The notes under the pieces are model-generated. The model had not been told where the DNA came from, made no database searches, and worked only from the letters and a program-made list of their open reading frames with translations. Shown one piece after another: positions 53,178-64,000 of a stretch of DNA of 64,000 bases. This DNA is from Octopus vulgaris (lineage: Eukaryota): the NCBI GenBank assembly GCA_951406725.2, contig OX597841.1, positions 19,530,001 through 19,594,000 of the forward strand, in the 5' to 3' direction. The first letter of the stretch is position 1. The number at the start of each line of letters is the position of its first letter. Both the position numbers and the translations under genes were made by a program.

Positions 53178-55781
53178 TGCTTCTCCTGACTCAATCTTTT
53201 CAGAGTGCTGACTGCAACAGAGTCCAGTCCCTGGTTTGCTGTAATCTCAAACTCCAACCCAAAATGATGCACTGCACCAAGCCCTCAGGCAAGCAGCACA
53301 CCAAGGCTACTGCAACCCAACAGCCAAATAAGACAGATTCCTTAAGACACTGGAAGACACTCTCCTTGCAGACCCACTTGAAGACAATGTTCAGTAGAGA
53401 TGGGACTCTCTCGGGGACATCATCCATAGCACTGCATTGTGGGCCTTTGAGAGGAGGAAGAAAATGACACACAACTGATTTTGAGGCAAATGGGAAAGAA
53501 CTCAATGGCCCCTGATGAAGCATAAACACCAACCCACCAGGGCAATGTTGCAAGCATTCAGATCAGCAAGGAAGAAGAAGAAGAAGATGGGGAGATGGTG
53601 TGCATATGGCTACTGGATACAACTATGTTTGATATGAGCAACATTTGTGGAATGTATGAAGGTATGAAGAAAGCCTTTGGCCCAACCCAGAGCAAGATAA
53701 CTCTATATAAATCCAGAACAGGGGAAGCCTTTAAGGGCAAAGGAGAGCAGCTGGGGAGATGGGCAGAACATTATTCTAAACTCTACACCATGGAAAAAAT
53801 GTCTCAGAAAGTGCGGTAGAATATAATGTCACAGGGGAGCTGGGCACACTGTCAGCTGCTGAAGAACTGAGCAGAGCTATTGCTGGTTTGCCCACTAAAA
53901 AGGTTGCAGGGCGCAACGAAAATTTTAGAAAAATAAATAAGTAAATGAGTGGAAATTTTACCAGTGAGTGTGTTAAATTATAAGGCACCAAAAGAGAATG
54001 ACCCTCCCCAGATACAACAGTATATGAATATATATATATATTACGGAGATGTACTTGCATAGCGAGTGACTTGAACTGAGATCGTGTGCTGGAACGAAAA
54101 CAATTGCAGCGTGGAAGGTGTTTATAAGCCATTTAAGAAACACGCAAAAGCCGTTCGATTCACTTCAACATTTAAGTTTAATTTGTCAAAATATTTTCGT
54201 CGCTTTGAGACCTCTTCACTGACAAAGCTTTGTGTTGCATCTCAGTTTTGTCAGTGAACAGGTATATACACACAAAAAAAACATATGCACTTGTACCAAT
54301 GCACACATATATATAAATACATACATAATTACTTCATTGCATAAGCTTACATATGTGTATAAAGCGACGAAAATATTTTGACAAATTAAACTTAAATGTT
54401 GAAGTGAATCGAACGGCTTTTGTGTGTTTCTTAAATGGCTTATAAACACCTTCCAATGCTGCAATTGTTGTACAGGTAGAAACTCCATAAGATGCACCCA
54501 ATGTAAGTTATGGACACATAAGAGGTGCAGCAACATTAAAGGGAAATTAACAGATAAGATAGCTTTCATGTGCGGCAGATGCACAGGGACAATAGACACA
54601 ACAGACACTCAGAAATCAGATTCCATCACACTCCAGGGAGAGAAACTAGAAGTAGTTGATAGTTTCCGCTACCTGGGAGACCAAGTTAGTAGCGGAGGTG
54701 GATGCACAGAGAGTATCACCACTAGAATACGAATAGCCTGGGCAAAGTTCAGAAAGCTCCTACCCCTACTGGCAACAAAAGGCCTCTCCCTCAGAGCAAA
54801 AGGTAGATTGTATGATGCATGTGTGCGAACTGCCATGCTTCACGGTAATGAAACATGGGCTGTGACTGCAGAAGACATGCGTAGACTTGAAAGAAATGAA
54901 GCTAGCATGATCCGCTGGATGTGTAGTGTCAGTGTGCACGCACGACAGAGTGTAAGCACCCTGAGAGAAATGCTGGCTATAAGAAGCATCAGATGTGGTG
55001 TGCAAGAGCGACGCTTGCGATGGTATGGTCATGTGCTGCGGATGGATGAAGAGAGATGTGTGAAGAAGTGCCACTCCCAAACAGTTGAAGGTATCAGGGG
55101 GAGAGGTAGACCCAGGAAGACATGGGATGAGGTAGTCAAGCATGGGCCTCACTGAGGCAATGGCGAAGGACCGAGATCTCTGGAGATATGCTGTGACTAC
55201 AAAGACCCGGGCTGCTTTCTGCAGCAATTCCACATACCCCCTACCCATTCTAAGTACCCCGGATCCCCAAAGTACCCCGGATCCCCAAAGTACCCTGGAT
55301 CCCCAAAATACCCCGATCCCCAAAGTACCTCGTTGCCCCCGTGCCGCTGACACGTTAAAATGCTCGAACCGATCGTGACGTTGCCGGACCCTCCGGCCCC
55401 TGTGCAGGTGGCACGTAAAAAGCACCCAATCCACTCACGGAGTGGTTGGCGTTAGGAAGGGCATCCAGCCGTAGAAACTCTGCCAGATTCAGACTGGAGC
55501 CTGGAGCGGCCCCTGGCTTCCCAGACCCGGTCAAACCGTCCAACCCGTGCTAGCGCGGAAAGCGGACGTTAAACGATGATGATGATGATGATGATGATAT
55601 ATATATATATACTGGTGTATAGAACAAGACACATCTACTCAACAACCATTTTACATGACAAACTGGTAAAAATCGTGGAAATAGTTCAATTTCATTTATT
55701 TACAAAAGAATAAATAATATTTAATTACAATAAATAGATTTAATTAAACAGTTATAGCTTGCTTTATTTCTGTATGTGCAG

Positions 55782-55815
<34 letters not shown>

Positions 55816-56291
55816 TAGAGACTATGAGTGGATATAACACACACAAGAGTCAAATACAGAATATATATAAACGTACAAGTATAGATGCATATACACATAT
55901 ATACACATATGCAAGCTTATGCAATAAAGTAATTATGGATGTATTTATATACAAGTGTGCATTGGTACATTTTGTGTGTGTGTATATATAAGTATGTATA
56001 TGTATACATATGTATGTATGTGTATGTATGCATTGTTTTTGGCATACATAATCCTAACAGATGTATCTGTAAATATGTGCCTCTGTCAGTCAGTTTGTCT
56101 GTCTGTCCATATGCATATATGTTTGTATGTATGTTTGTATGTATGTATGTATGTATGTATGTGTGTAGATACATATACATACATGTAAGTTCCTATATAT
56201 GTACCAATGTAAGTTTGTACACATATAAAATATATATGAAAACACATGCACAACATGCATATACAAACTCTCCTTCACCTATACATACATG

Positions 56292-56326
<35 letters not shown>

Positions 56327-57407
56327 ATACAGTGTACACATACATATATATACAAGGTGCGATGCGTAAATTGTCACTATTTTACACTTTTAATTTTGCA
56401 TATGTGCATTTTTTGATTTTGATTTTTTTGATCACACAGTATAGTAGGGTCAGTTGGGCACCATCTGAAAGGAAAATAGCACCATGACACAATTCACTCT
56501 GCCAGAAATTTAGAAACAACAAGCTGTATTGCTTGGCATTTGCACCGGAAGCTCCAATACAAACATTTCAGAGTGTTTGGGTGTCAATTTGAGGGCAGTG
56601 CAATCTGATGACGTGTACCAAGAGTGATAAAAATCAAACGTCCAGTCAACAACATGTAATGGTGACATTATGCCTCCATTCATCTTCCCACATGGACTCA
56701 CACTCAACATGGAGGCCCACATCAAGTGCCTGGAGAAGGAGGTTGTGCTGCTCTGGCTCTACAGGGTGGCTGCTGGAAGACCCTATGTCCGGCAAAGGAC
56801 TCTGCACCATGCCACACAAGTAGTCATGGCTGTCAGATAATTTCTGCAACCACATCACCCCTAACATCTAGCCACCTAACTCCCCAGACTGCAACCCCCT
56901 TAATTATTATGTGTGTAGGGTACAGTTGAGCGAGAGATGAACAAAACTGCTTGTAACACCAAAGATGAACTGAAGGCAAGGATTATGGCAGCCTTGACCA
57001 ACTTAAACAAGGAGACTGTCCAGAAGAGTTGAAGAAGATTCCAAAGTCGTCTGGAGGCCATGCTTGAAGCCAATGGCGATTTTATTGAATAAATTTACTC
57101 TTTAGTATTTCAAGATATTTGTATGTAATTTTGGTAAATATAACTGTTAAAATGAGATGTCTATGTTATTTTCATTTTTGTGTAATTTAGATGACAATTT
57201 ATTCACTGCATCCTGCATATAAATATACAACATACATATATATATATATATATATATTATTTTTTATTTATGATTTGGTTTATGTCTATCATTGTTTGAA
57301 TTGCATAATAATGGTTTTTCTCTAATTTATATATTAGATATTTATATTGTGAAATTTGATTTAATACTAAATTGAATTTTTCCCTGTAAGTTTGCAGTTA
57401 TACTCCC

Positions 57408-57443
<36 letters not shown>

Positions 57444-58469
57444 CATCATCATATATATATACACACACACATATATATATATACACACACACATAAACAC
57501 ACGCACACATATATATACATACATATGTATGCATGCATGCATGTATATTAAAACGAATGAGGTTTATTATTTTAAAGCAAGTTTAAGAAGGACAAAAGAA
57601 CTTCTACTGAAAGGGTGACATTCTGAGCCAACATTTTTCTTAAATCCTTCTCATCATAATAATCAAATTGACTAACGATCCATGTGTTCACTTATCAGCT
57701 TGCTCCACCAACCAACAAGATCTTTGCCTGCTAACATTTCTACATTGGATGGAAAACCTATTTAAGATATAAGGATGTGAAAGATGGGTTTTAAAATTTG
57801 CTAAAAGAACTGTTAATGAAAACTTTTCCTGTTCATTGAGGGCAAACACATGGCTGTTTGGTAAGAAACTTGCTTCCAAATCACATGGTTCAGGGTTCAG
57901 TCCCACTGTGTAACACCTTGGGCAAGTGACTCCTACTACATCCTCGGACTGACCAAAGCCTTATGAGTGGATTTGGTAGACGGAAACTAAAAGAAGCCTC
58001 TCATATATATGTATATCTACATGTGTGTGTCTTTGTGCCTGTGTTTGTCCCACACCACCACTTGACAGCCAGTGTTGGTTTGTTTACATCCCTGTAACTT
58101 AACAGTTCAGCAAACGAAACTGATAGAATAAGTACCAGGCTTTAAATTAAATAAGTCCCATGGTTGATACATTTGACTAAAAGTTCTTGGAGGTGGTGCC
58201 CCAGCATGGCCACAGTGTGTTGACTGAGACAAGCAAATGATGAATGAATCTGTTGAAATTTTTCAACCACTTTCCCTGAAGGATAGGGAGATGGAAAAGG
58301 TTCAAGAGTAAGAAGAGAATGGGGGGGGGGGCTGTCCCCTATGGGTGTGAGTCAACACTCAGTTGTTAAGGGAATAATACTTTGGCAAAGGTTCTCTTCA
58401 CTAGTTGAATGGTAGAAGAAGCCCAGAGGGGAAACACGAAGTCCCAGTCAACTTGTTATTCACTACACA

Positions 58470-58522
<53 letters not shown>

Positions 58523-58540
58523 TTATTTATATATATATGC

Positions 58541-58574
<34 letters not shown>

Positions 58575-59448
58575 GTATATATATTTATATATGTATCATC
58601 ATCATCATCATCATCATCGTTTAACGTCCGTTTTCCGCGCTAGCACGGGTTGGACGGTTTCGACCGGGGTCTGGGGAGCTCGGGACTGCCCGTAGACAAA
58701 TGTATGTATGTATAAAAAAGAGGGGAGAAATCTTAGCTTGCTTATGGACATCGCTGTAAGTCAGGGGAAGAAATGATAGTGAATGGTGGAGATCGAATTA
58801 AAGGGAATATGCGAAGGTTGAACTTTAGAGAAACGGGCGGGAATGGCGATGTTTTTAGGGTGGCATGTAGAAAGAAAAGGAAAGCAAAGCAGATTGGTGG
58901 TTATAAGTTCAAAACATTTAAACGGTAGACAAATGTATGTATGTATGAAAAAGAGGGGAGAAATCTTAGCTTGCTTATGGACATCGCTGTAAGTCAGGGG
59001 AAGAAATGATAGTGAATGGTGGAGATCGAATTAAAGGGAATATGCGAAGGTTGAACTTTAGAGAAACGGGCGGGAATGGCGATGTTTTTAGTGTGGCATG
59101 TAGAAAGAAAAGGAAAGCAAAGCAGATTGGTGGTTATAAGTTCAAAACATTTAAACGGTAGACAAATGTATGTATGTATGAAAAAGAGGGAGAAATCTTA
59201 GCTTGCTTATGGACATCGCTGTAAGTCAGGGGAAGAAATGATAGTGAATGGTGGAGATCGAATTAAAGGGAATATGCGAAGGTTGAACTTTAGAGAAACG
59301 GGCGGGAATGGCGATGTTTTTAGGGTGGCATGTAGAAAGAAAAGGAAAGCAAAGCAGATTGGTGGTTATAAGTTCAAAACATTTAAACGGTAGACAAATG
59401 TATGTATGTATGAAAAAGAGGGGATATATATATGTATATATATATATG

Positions 59449-59496
<48 letters not shown>

Positions 59497-59528
59497 GGTA
59501 TATATGTATATATATATATATGTGTATA

Positions 59529-59592
<64 letters not shown>

Positions 59593-59611
59593 TACATATA
59601 TACACTTATAT

Positions 59612-59649
<38 letters not shown>

Positions 59650-61985
59650 GAATATATATGTATACTTACATATATAAATACATATTTATATCAATACACA
59701 CATATAGAAACACACATATATACATAAATAAAAATATACATTTATATGTATATGCGTGTACATGTATATATGTATATATATATATATATGCATCTATATG
59801 TATACACACACACATATAGCTAATCTGTTGTTGGATTCTTTAGTATCTAGGTATTTTAATGTTGAGGATGCTGAGAAAGAGCCAAGTTGCATGTGTACTT
59901 AGATGTTGTATCAAATACATACAACACAGTATATACAAATGCACATACACATGCATATATGTATGTGCATATACACATGTTGGTTCATGATCCAATGCAA
60001 GTTATAGATTCAACATAGAAATGTTTCTAGGTATGGTACTTGTATAAAATATGAACACAAATGTATTCTAAAGGTTTCCCAACAGCTGTTTCACTAACAT
60101 TTGTTATTGAAGAATAGATCAATTATATGGATTACATCATGAAAAAGAATCTGCTTTCATCAGGTGAGCTTAAACTTCACAAAGAAAAGAATTTTAGGGA
60201 TGTGTGGGTCCTTTGAAAATACCTTAGAGTGATGATTGTGTCCTGCATAGCTGTAGGTAGCCCTTTGGCAAGACATAGCATCTGTTCAGCCAACCTGCCA
60301 GGGATATGGCGAAGTCATAGGACAACAGCATGGGGGATTGTGAAGAGGGAGTGGAAGAACTCGACTGAGCCAATGGTGCTTCTTACTTTGATGCCAAGTA
60401 AAGGAATGCTAGAAGAGCAATGGTTAGGATCACCAAGTTCTATGAAGAGAGTAACTGCAATGCATCCATTGAGGTGGCATCTGTAGTTGCGGAATCAGCT
60501 AATGAAAGAATCACTGTGGCTCAAGTGCATAATAACGGAATTGGATGGTGACAGGGTGTCATGGGAATTCGTGAAATGGCCAAATGATTGAGAGAATCGA
60601 AAGTGACCCTCTTTGTTATTCATTGCTTCGATGATGAGTAACAAAGTGGGCCACTTGCAATTTTCTCCTGCCTTAGTTTAAACTCATCTGATGAAAGTGG
60701 ATTACATTGTGATACAATTAATGTGATCAATTTATTCATTAATTAAAAAATGCTGCTCAAACAGCTGTTGTGAACCTTTAAAATCAATTTGTGTTTGTAT
60801 GTTATATATACACATATATATGTAAGTATGCGCGTGTGTGTGTGTGTGTACATACATACACACACACACACACATATATATAACCTTGTTCGAAGGTTAT
60901 ATGGATACAGTTTGTGTATCAAATAGCTAACTTAAGGCGATGGCCTCATGGAGCTAATAAGCGGACAGCTTTATTCTTATTTTTATAAGAATGCCATATT
61001 AGTATGGCGATAACTATTAATTTCCAGGAACGCTGCCGTAATCTCTTTTAGAGAGACTTAGTAATTTTAATATTTCTATTATATATATATATATATATAT
61101 ATATATTTAATTAGAGGATATATTAACCTCGTGAAGGGATGGTTGCACCCAAATAGATACTGGTTCAATACCTAGTGTTTTTGGAGAATGAAATCCCCTT
61201 AAAACAGTAGCTATATATTAAGCATATAGTTTAAAAGAAGACAATCAAATGGAGACACAGAAGTTAATAATTGTTTATTATTAACAAATTGGTCATCTTT
61301 GCTTCTTATAACCATTTCAATTAACTCTCAATAATTTAATTACAAATTTCTACATTAAATTTGCATTTATGTGACATGAGTATAATTTCATCAGAGAAAA
61401 AAAAAGGATGTACCTTTGGATATTATATGTGGGATTATCAGTTCATTTCTGCAGAATTAATTGATAGACCCACATATAATATCCAAAGGTACATCTTTTT
61501 TTTTCTCTGATGAAATTATACTCATGTCACATAAATGCAAATTTAATGTAGAAATTTGTAATTAAATTATTGAGAGTTAATTGAAACAGCTGTAAGAAGA
61601 AAGACGACCAATTTGTTAATAATAAACAATTATTAACTTCTGTGTCTCCATTTGATTGTCTTCTTTTAAATGGATGTGAACAATATATATATCCGTGAGT
61701 GTGTGTGTGTGTGTTGCTTTAAGATACATAGCATATTTTATAAGTATGCCAGTTCAAGTATCATAAAAGCATGAAACTTTGTCGCTCTTTTGGTTGTGCA
61801 TTAAATTGACAATTATCTCTCACTGGATGGAATACTTTTTGTTGATTCTTATTCTTTTCCCTTTAAATAATAGCTATGTATTAAGCATATAGCTTATATC
61901 CATTTAGAGGAAGAAAAGGAAGTGGATATATTTATATATATATATATATACACATACATATACATTATATATATGTATGTATATG

Positions 61986-62025
<40 letters not shown>

Positions 62026-62621
62026 CATATATATATATAAATATACATATATATGTATATAGATATATATATACATAATATATATATATACACATATATA
62101 TGTGTGTGTGCATGCACATGTATATATAAATATGTGTGTGTGTGTGTGCATGTGCATGTATATATAAATATGTGTGTGTGTGTGTATTGTTCAAATTTAC
62201 AGAAAACAAAATACAAAGACAGATGTATCTTTGCGTTTTGTGTTTTATAAAGCAGAGAAGGAAATGTCATTATATATACAAATCATTGTGCGTGTGTGTA
62301 TGTGTATACATATATATAATATTATGTATCTGCTGAGATTCAATGGGAGTCACTGAATGACTTGGAGTAAAGGTTTCTAAATGCTGTGCCACAATTGGTT
62401 TACAAGAGTACGATGAAGGTTTAAAAGTCAAAATCCACACTAATACTTGAAATACTTTCTAAAATCTGTCTGACATAAATTTTGATAAGCACAGACAGCA
62501 GAACCTTGCAGTATGAGGGCACCACTGTACGAGTGATTTGCTGTATGAGCTGAGACTTGTGCAAACTTTTGTCTTGAAGTACAAGCGAAAATCCATAGTA
62601 CGAGCAGAGAAATCATCCCAT
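46605..62621 (-). CDS. Candidate multi-exon gene, unidentified. Exon-like islands: 62505-62621, 59814-59870, 57677-57757, 55613-55662, 52039-52114, 51518-51589, 50789-50859, 49643-49726, 46605-46643
   Basis: Unique non-repeat islands bounded by AG/GT on the same strand (e.g. aaatag|G..C|gttagt, tttcag|G..AAGG|gtaagg); two alternative phase-compatible stop-free chains exist; no protein family recognised and several donors are weak. Confidence 0.25.
48050..48300 (+). mobile_element. tRNA-derived SINE family C
   Basis: TGGCCCAGTGGTTAGG A box, GGTTCAATTCC B box and GTGTTCTTGAGCAA core; related heads at ~50880 and ~51630. Confidence 0.7.
49027..49100. repeat. 12-bp tandem repeat (TTCGTCCACCCT) x6
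   Basis: Seen directly. Confidence 0.9.
49878..50275 (+). mobile_element. Full-length SINE family A
   Basis: Head, core and tail as in the other copies. Confidence 0.9.
52517..52735 (+). mobile_element. Penelope-type terminal fragment with a decayed hammerhead (52601-52640)
   Basis: TTTCTGATGAAGAGCTCCACTCAAAATGTTAAA, consistent with CpG decay of CTGATGAAGAGC..GCTCGAAACGTTAAA. Confidence 0.55.
52738..53105 (+). mobile_element. CR1-clade LINE 3' end
   Basis: [46 protein letters not shown]; ends in a (TAAC)n tail. Confidence 0.85.
53185..53910 (+). mobile_element. Decayed RTE (BovB-like) LINE internal fragment
   Basis: [40 protein letters not shown], the RTE linker between endonuclease and RT. 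Confidence 0.75.
54099..54469. repeat. Inverted repeat with ~108-bp arms (54099-54206 / 54361-54469) of a Penelope-type end
   Basis: Arms are near-perfect reverse complements and include GCGACGAAAATATTTTGAC. Confidence 0.85.
54466..55597 (+). mobile_element. Young 5'-truncated RTE-clade LINE: Cys-rich segment, RT C-terminus, 3' UTR and (GAT)n tail
   Basis: Open frame ..[76 protein letters not shown]; 18-bp tandem repeat at 55250-55330; tail at 55575-55597. Confidence 0.93.
56353..57214 (+). mobile_element. Internally deleted DD37D (maT-type) transposon with both TIRs
   Basis: Left CAAGGTGCGATGCGTAAATTGTCA, right TGACAATTTATTCACTGCATCCTG; internal sequence homologous to 1331-1940. Confidence 0.85.
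57845..58240 (+). mobile_element. Older SINE family A copy
   Basis: Head, core and tail recognisable but more diverged. Confidence 0.8.
58597..58691 (-). mobile_element. Extreme 3' end of an RTE LINE with (CAT)n tail
   Basis: Reverse complement of 55505-55597. Confidence 0.85.
58692..59422. repeat. Near-identical 233-bp tandem repeat, 3 full units plus a partial unit
   Basis: Unit starts GTAGACAAATG at 58692, 58925, 59158 and 59390. Confidence 0.95.
60070..60790. mobile_element. Penelope-like relic with inverted hammerhead-bearing ends (60075-60170 minus, 60680-60775 plus)
   Basis: Both ends read CTGATGAAAG..(~60 nt)..(G/C)AAACAGCTGTTG in opposite orientation. Confidence 0.55.
61230..61670. 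repeat. ~440-bp near-perfect palindrome (arms ~204 bp: 61230-61433 / 61468-61670) containing a hammerhead motif
   Basis: Direct reverse-complement match; right arm has TCT-CTGATGA(61507)-AATTATACTC..GAGAGTTAATT-GAAA-CAGCTG-TA-AGA. Confidence 0.92.
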
Positions 62622-63050
62622 CTTTAAGATGATCCAGTTAATAAAACCAGTTGACAGATTTCTTTTGCATTCTCTTTTTTATAATTGTCATTTTACTTGT
62701 AACTACACCTTTTCTGTTTCAAAACCCATACATATAAGTTTTGGATGGTTTTTGGGGGCTGGAACAGATTAATTATAGTTTAGTTAATTTCAATGGGGAA
62801 AATTGATTTGTAAAACAAGTAAATCATAAAACAAGCTGAATCATGGAACAAATGAAGCTGATGCTGGAAGGTAAAAGTGTCCTGGGTCAGCTTCACCTTT
62901 CACCATTCAGGATTGATAAAATAATAAGTACCAGTCAAGTTTTGGAGACAATGTAACTGATGTTCCCCTCCCCTGAAAACGATGGCCTTTTACCAAAAAT
63001 TGACATCAATATTGGATGGTGAGCCTCGTTTGTTGATTTTAAATTTTACT

Positions 63051-63276
63051 TTAACCTTTTAGCATTTAAACCAGTCATATCCAACCCAAATATTCTATGT
63101 TTTCTGTTCAAAACAGCTTAGGTCAGGCCACTTACACCAATCCTACAGTGGCATTCTAAAAGTAAATAACCACATCATTGAAATCTTGAAGCTACAAAAT
63201 AAGCCATAATTAAATGAAAACAATGTGAATAAATAAGCAGAACATTTGAGAGAGTAACCTGAATGTTTGAGGGTTA
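63051..63276. mobile_element. piggyBac-like MITE with TTAA termini; partial copies at 3220-3396, 6547-6645, 50280-50437 and 63280-63505
   Basis: TTAA|CCTTTTAGCATT ... AATGTTTGAGGG|TTAA. Confidence 0.6.
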
Positions 63277-63518
63277 AACCAGCCACAAACAGCTCAGATA
63301 TTCTGCTTGTTTTATGTTCAAACTGGCCACATCTGGTCCAGATCTTGTAGCTGTTTCATGTTTAAGCCAACCAGATCTGGCCCCTCAAACCTATCATACA
63401 ATATCCTCCTCAAAATAAACAAGCACATCATCAAAATTTCAAAGCTGTGAGATAATGTATGATTAATTGAAAACAATTTAAATAAATAATCATTACATTT
63501 GACGGAGCCTTGGCACAG

Positions 63519-63970
63519 GAGATGGAGAGGGTTTATCTCCCAACCAGTGATATTAACGAGAGAGCATTTTGCACCAAAAGCCAATATGGGAGAGGTTCTC
63601 TCATGGTATTTACTGCAGTATAGTCTGTTCTAACAGAACATCCCATGTTTAAATGAGAATAAATATTACCTCTCTGTCACTAATATATACATATTTTTAA
63701 CAAGATCACTGGTTAATCACAACACCAGTGTCTGTTCTTTTGCTGGCAGGGAGATGAGTCACTGCTTTCTCTAGCAGTCAAGAGTCCATCATTGACAAGC
63801 CCAAATAAGGTTAAAATCACATGATGATGGAGATGGCAAGGATTTATCTCTCTGCCAGCGATATAAACAGGATTGCATTTTGCATGAAAAGCCAATATGG
63901 AGGTTTCTCTCCTGGTATCTACCACAGTAGAGCTTCTTTTAACAGAACTTCCATGTTTAAGTGGAGAAAA
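63519..63970. repeat. Diverged direct duplication of ~140 bp (63519-63660 and 63830-63970)
   Basis: Shared GAGATGG..TTTATCTC..GCATTTTGCA..AAAAGCCAATATGG..TAACAGAAC..CCATGTTTAA. Confidence 0.75.
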
Positions 63971-64000
63971 ATTCGACGGAGTAATATGAATGCTAAAGAG

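Noticed and set aside
51518-55662. Metallo-beta-lactamase/ETHE1-like words (TPGH, GDALF, IRGC) from joining candidate exons
   Set aside because: The words come from mutually exclusive frames, their spacing does not fit, and no HxHxDH motif was found; treated as coincidence

Overview
AT-rich animal genomic DNA dominated by microsatellites and SINEs. The repeat families (three tRNA-derived SINEs, RTE/CR1/R2-group LINE relics, Penelope-type ends, mariner/maT, Merlin, Helitron) look like those of a coleoid cephalopod, most likely Octopus; this is an inference from recognising the repeats. One host gene is well supported: the 5' end of a phosphotriesterase-related protein gene (PTER) on the minus strand. 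It has coding exon 19981-20008, a 17.8-kb intron, then exon 2008-2173 with the HxH metal-binding motif, and it continues beyond position 1. A chain of small minus-strand exon-like islands at 46.6-62.6 kb may be a second gene that I cannot identify. All long ORFs in the track are simple-repeat artefacts except one RTE reverse-transcriptase C-terminus (54424-55155). The most notable hidden signal is a dispersed set of type-I minimal hammerhead-ribozyme motifs with palindromic stem III (Penelope type). Several have unusual cores or very long stem II, and several sit in long inverted repeats, including a ~440-bp near-perfect hairpin at 61230-61670. Coordinates of decayed repeats are approximate, and no database searches were run.
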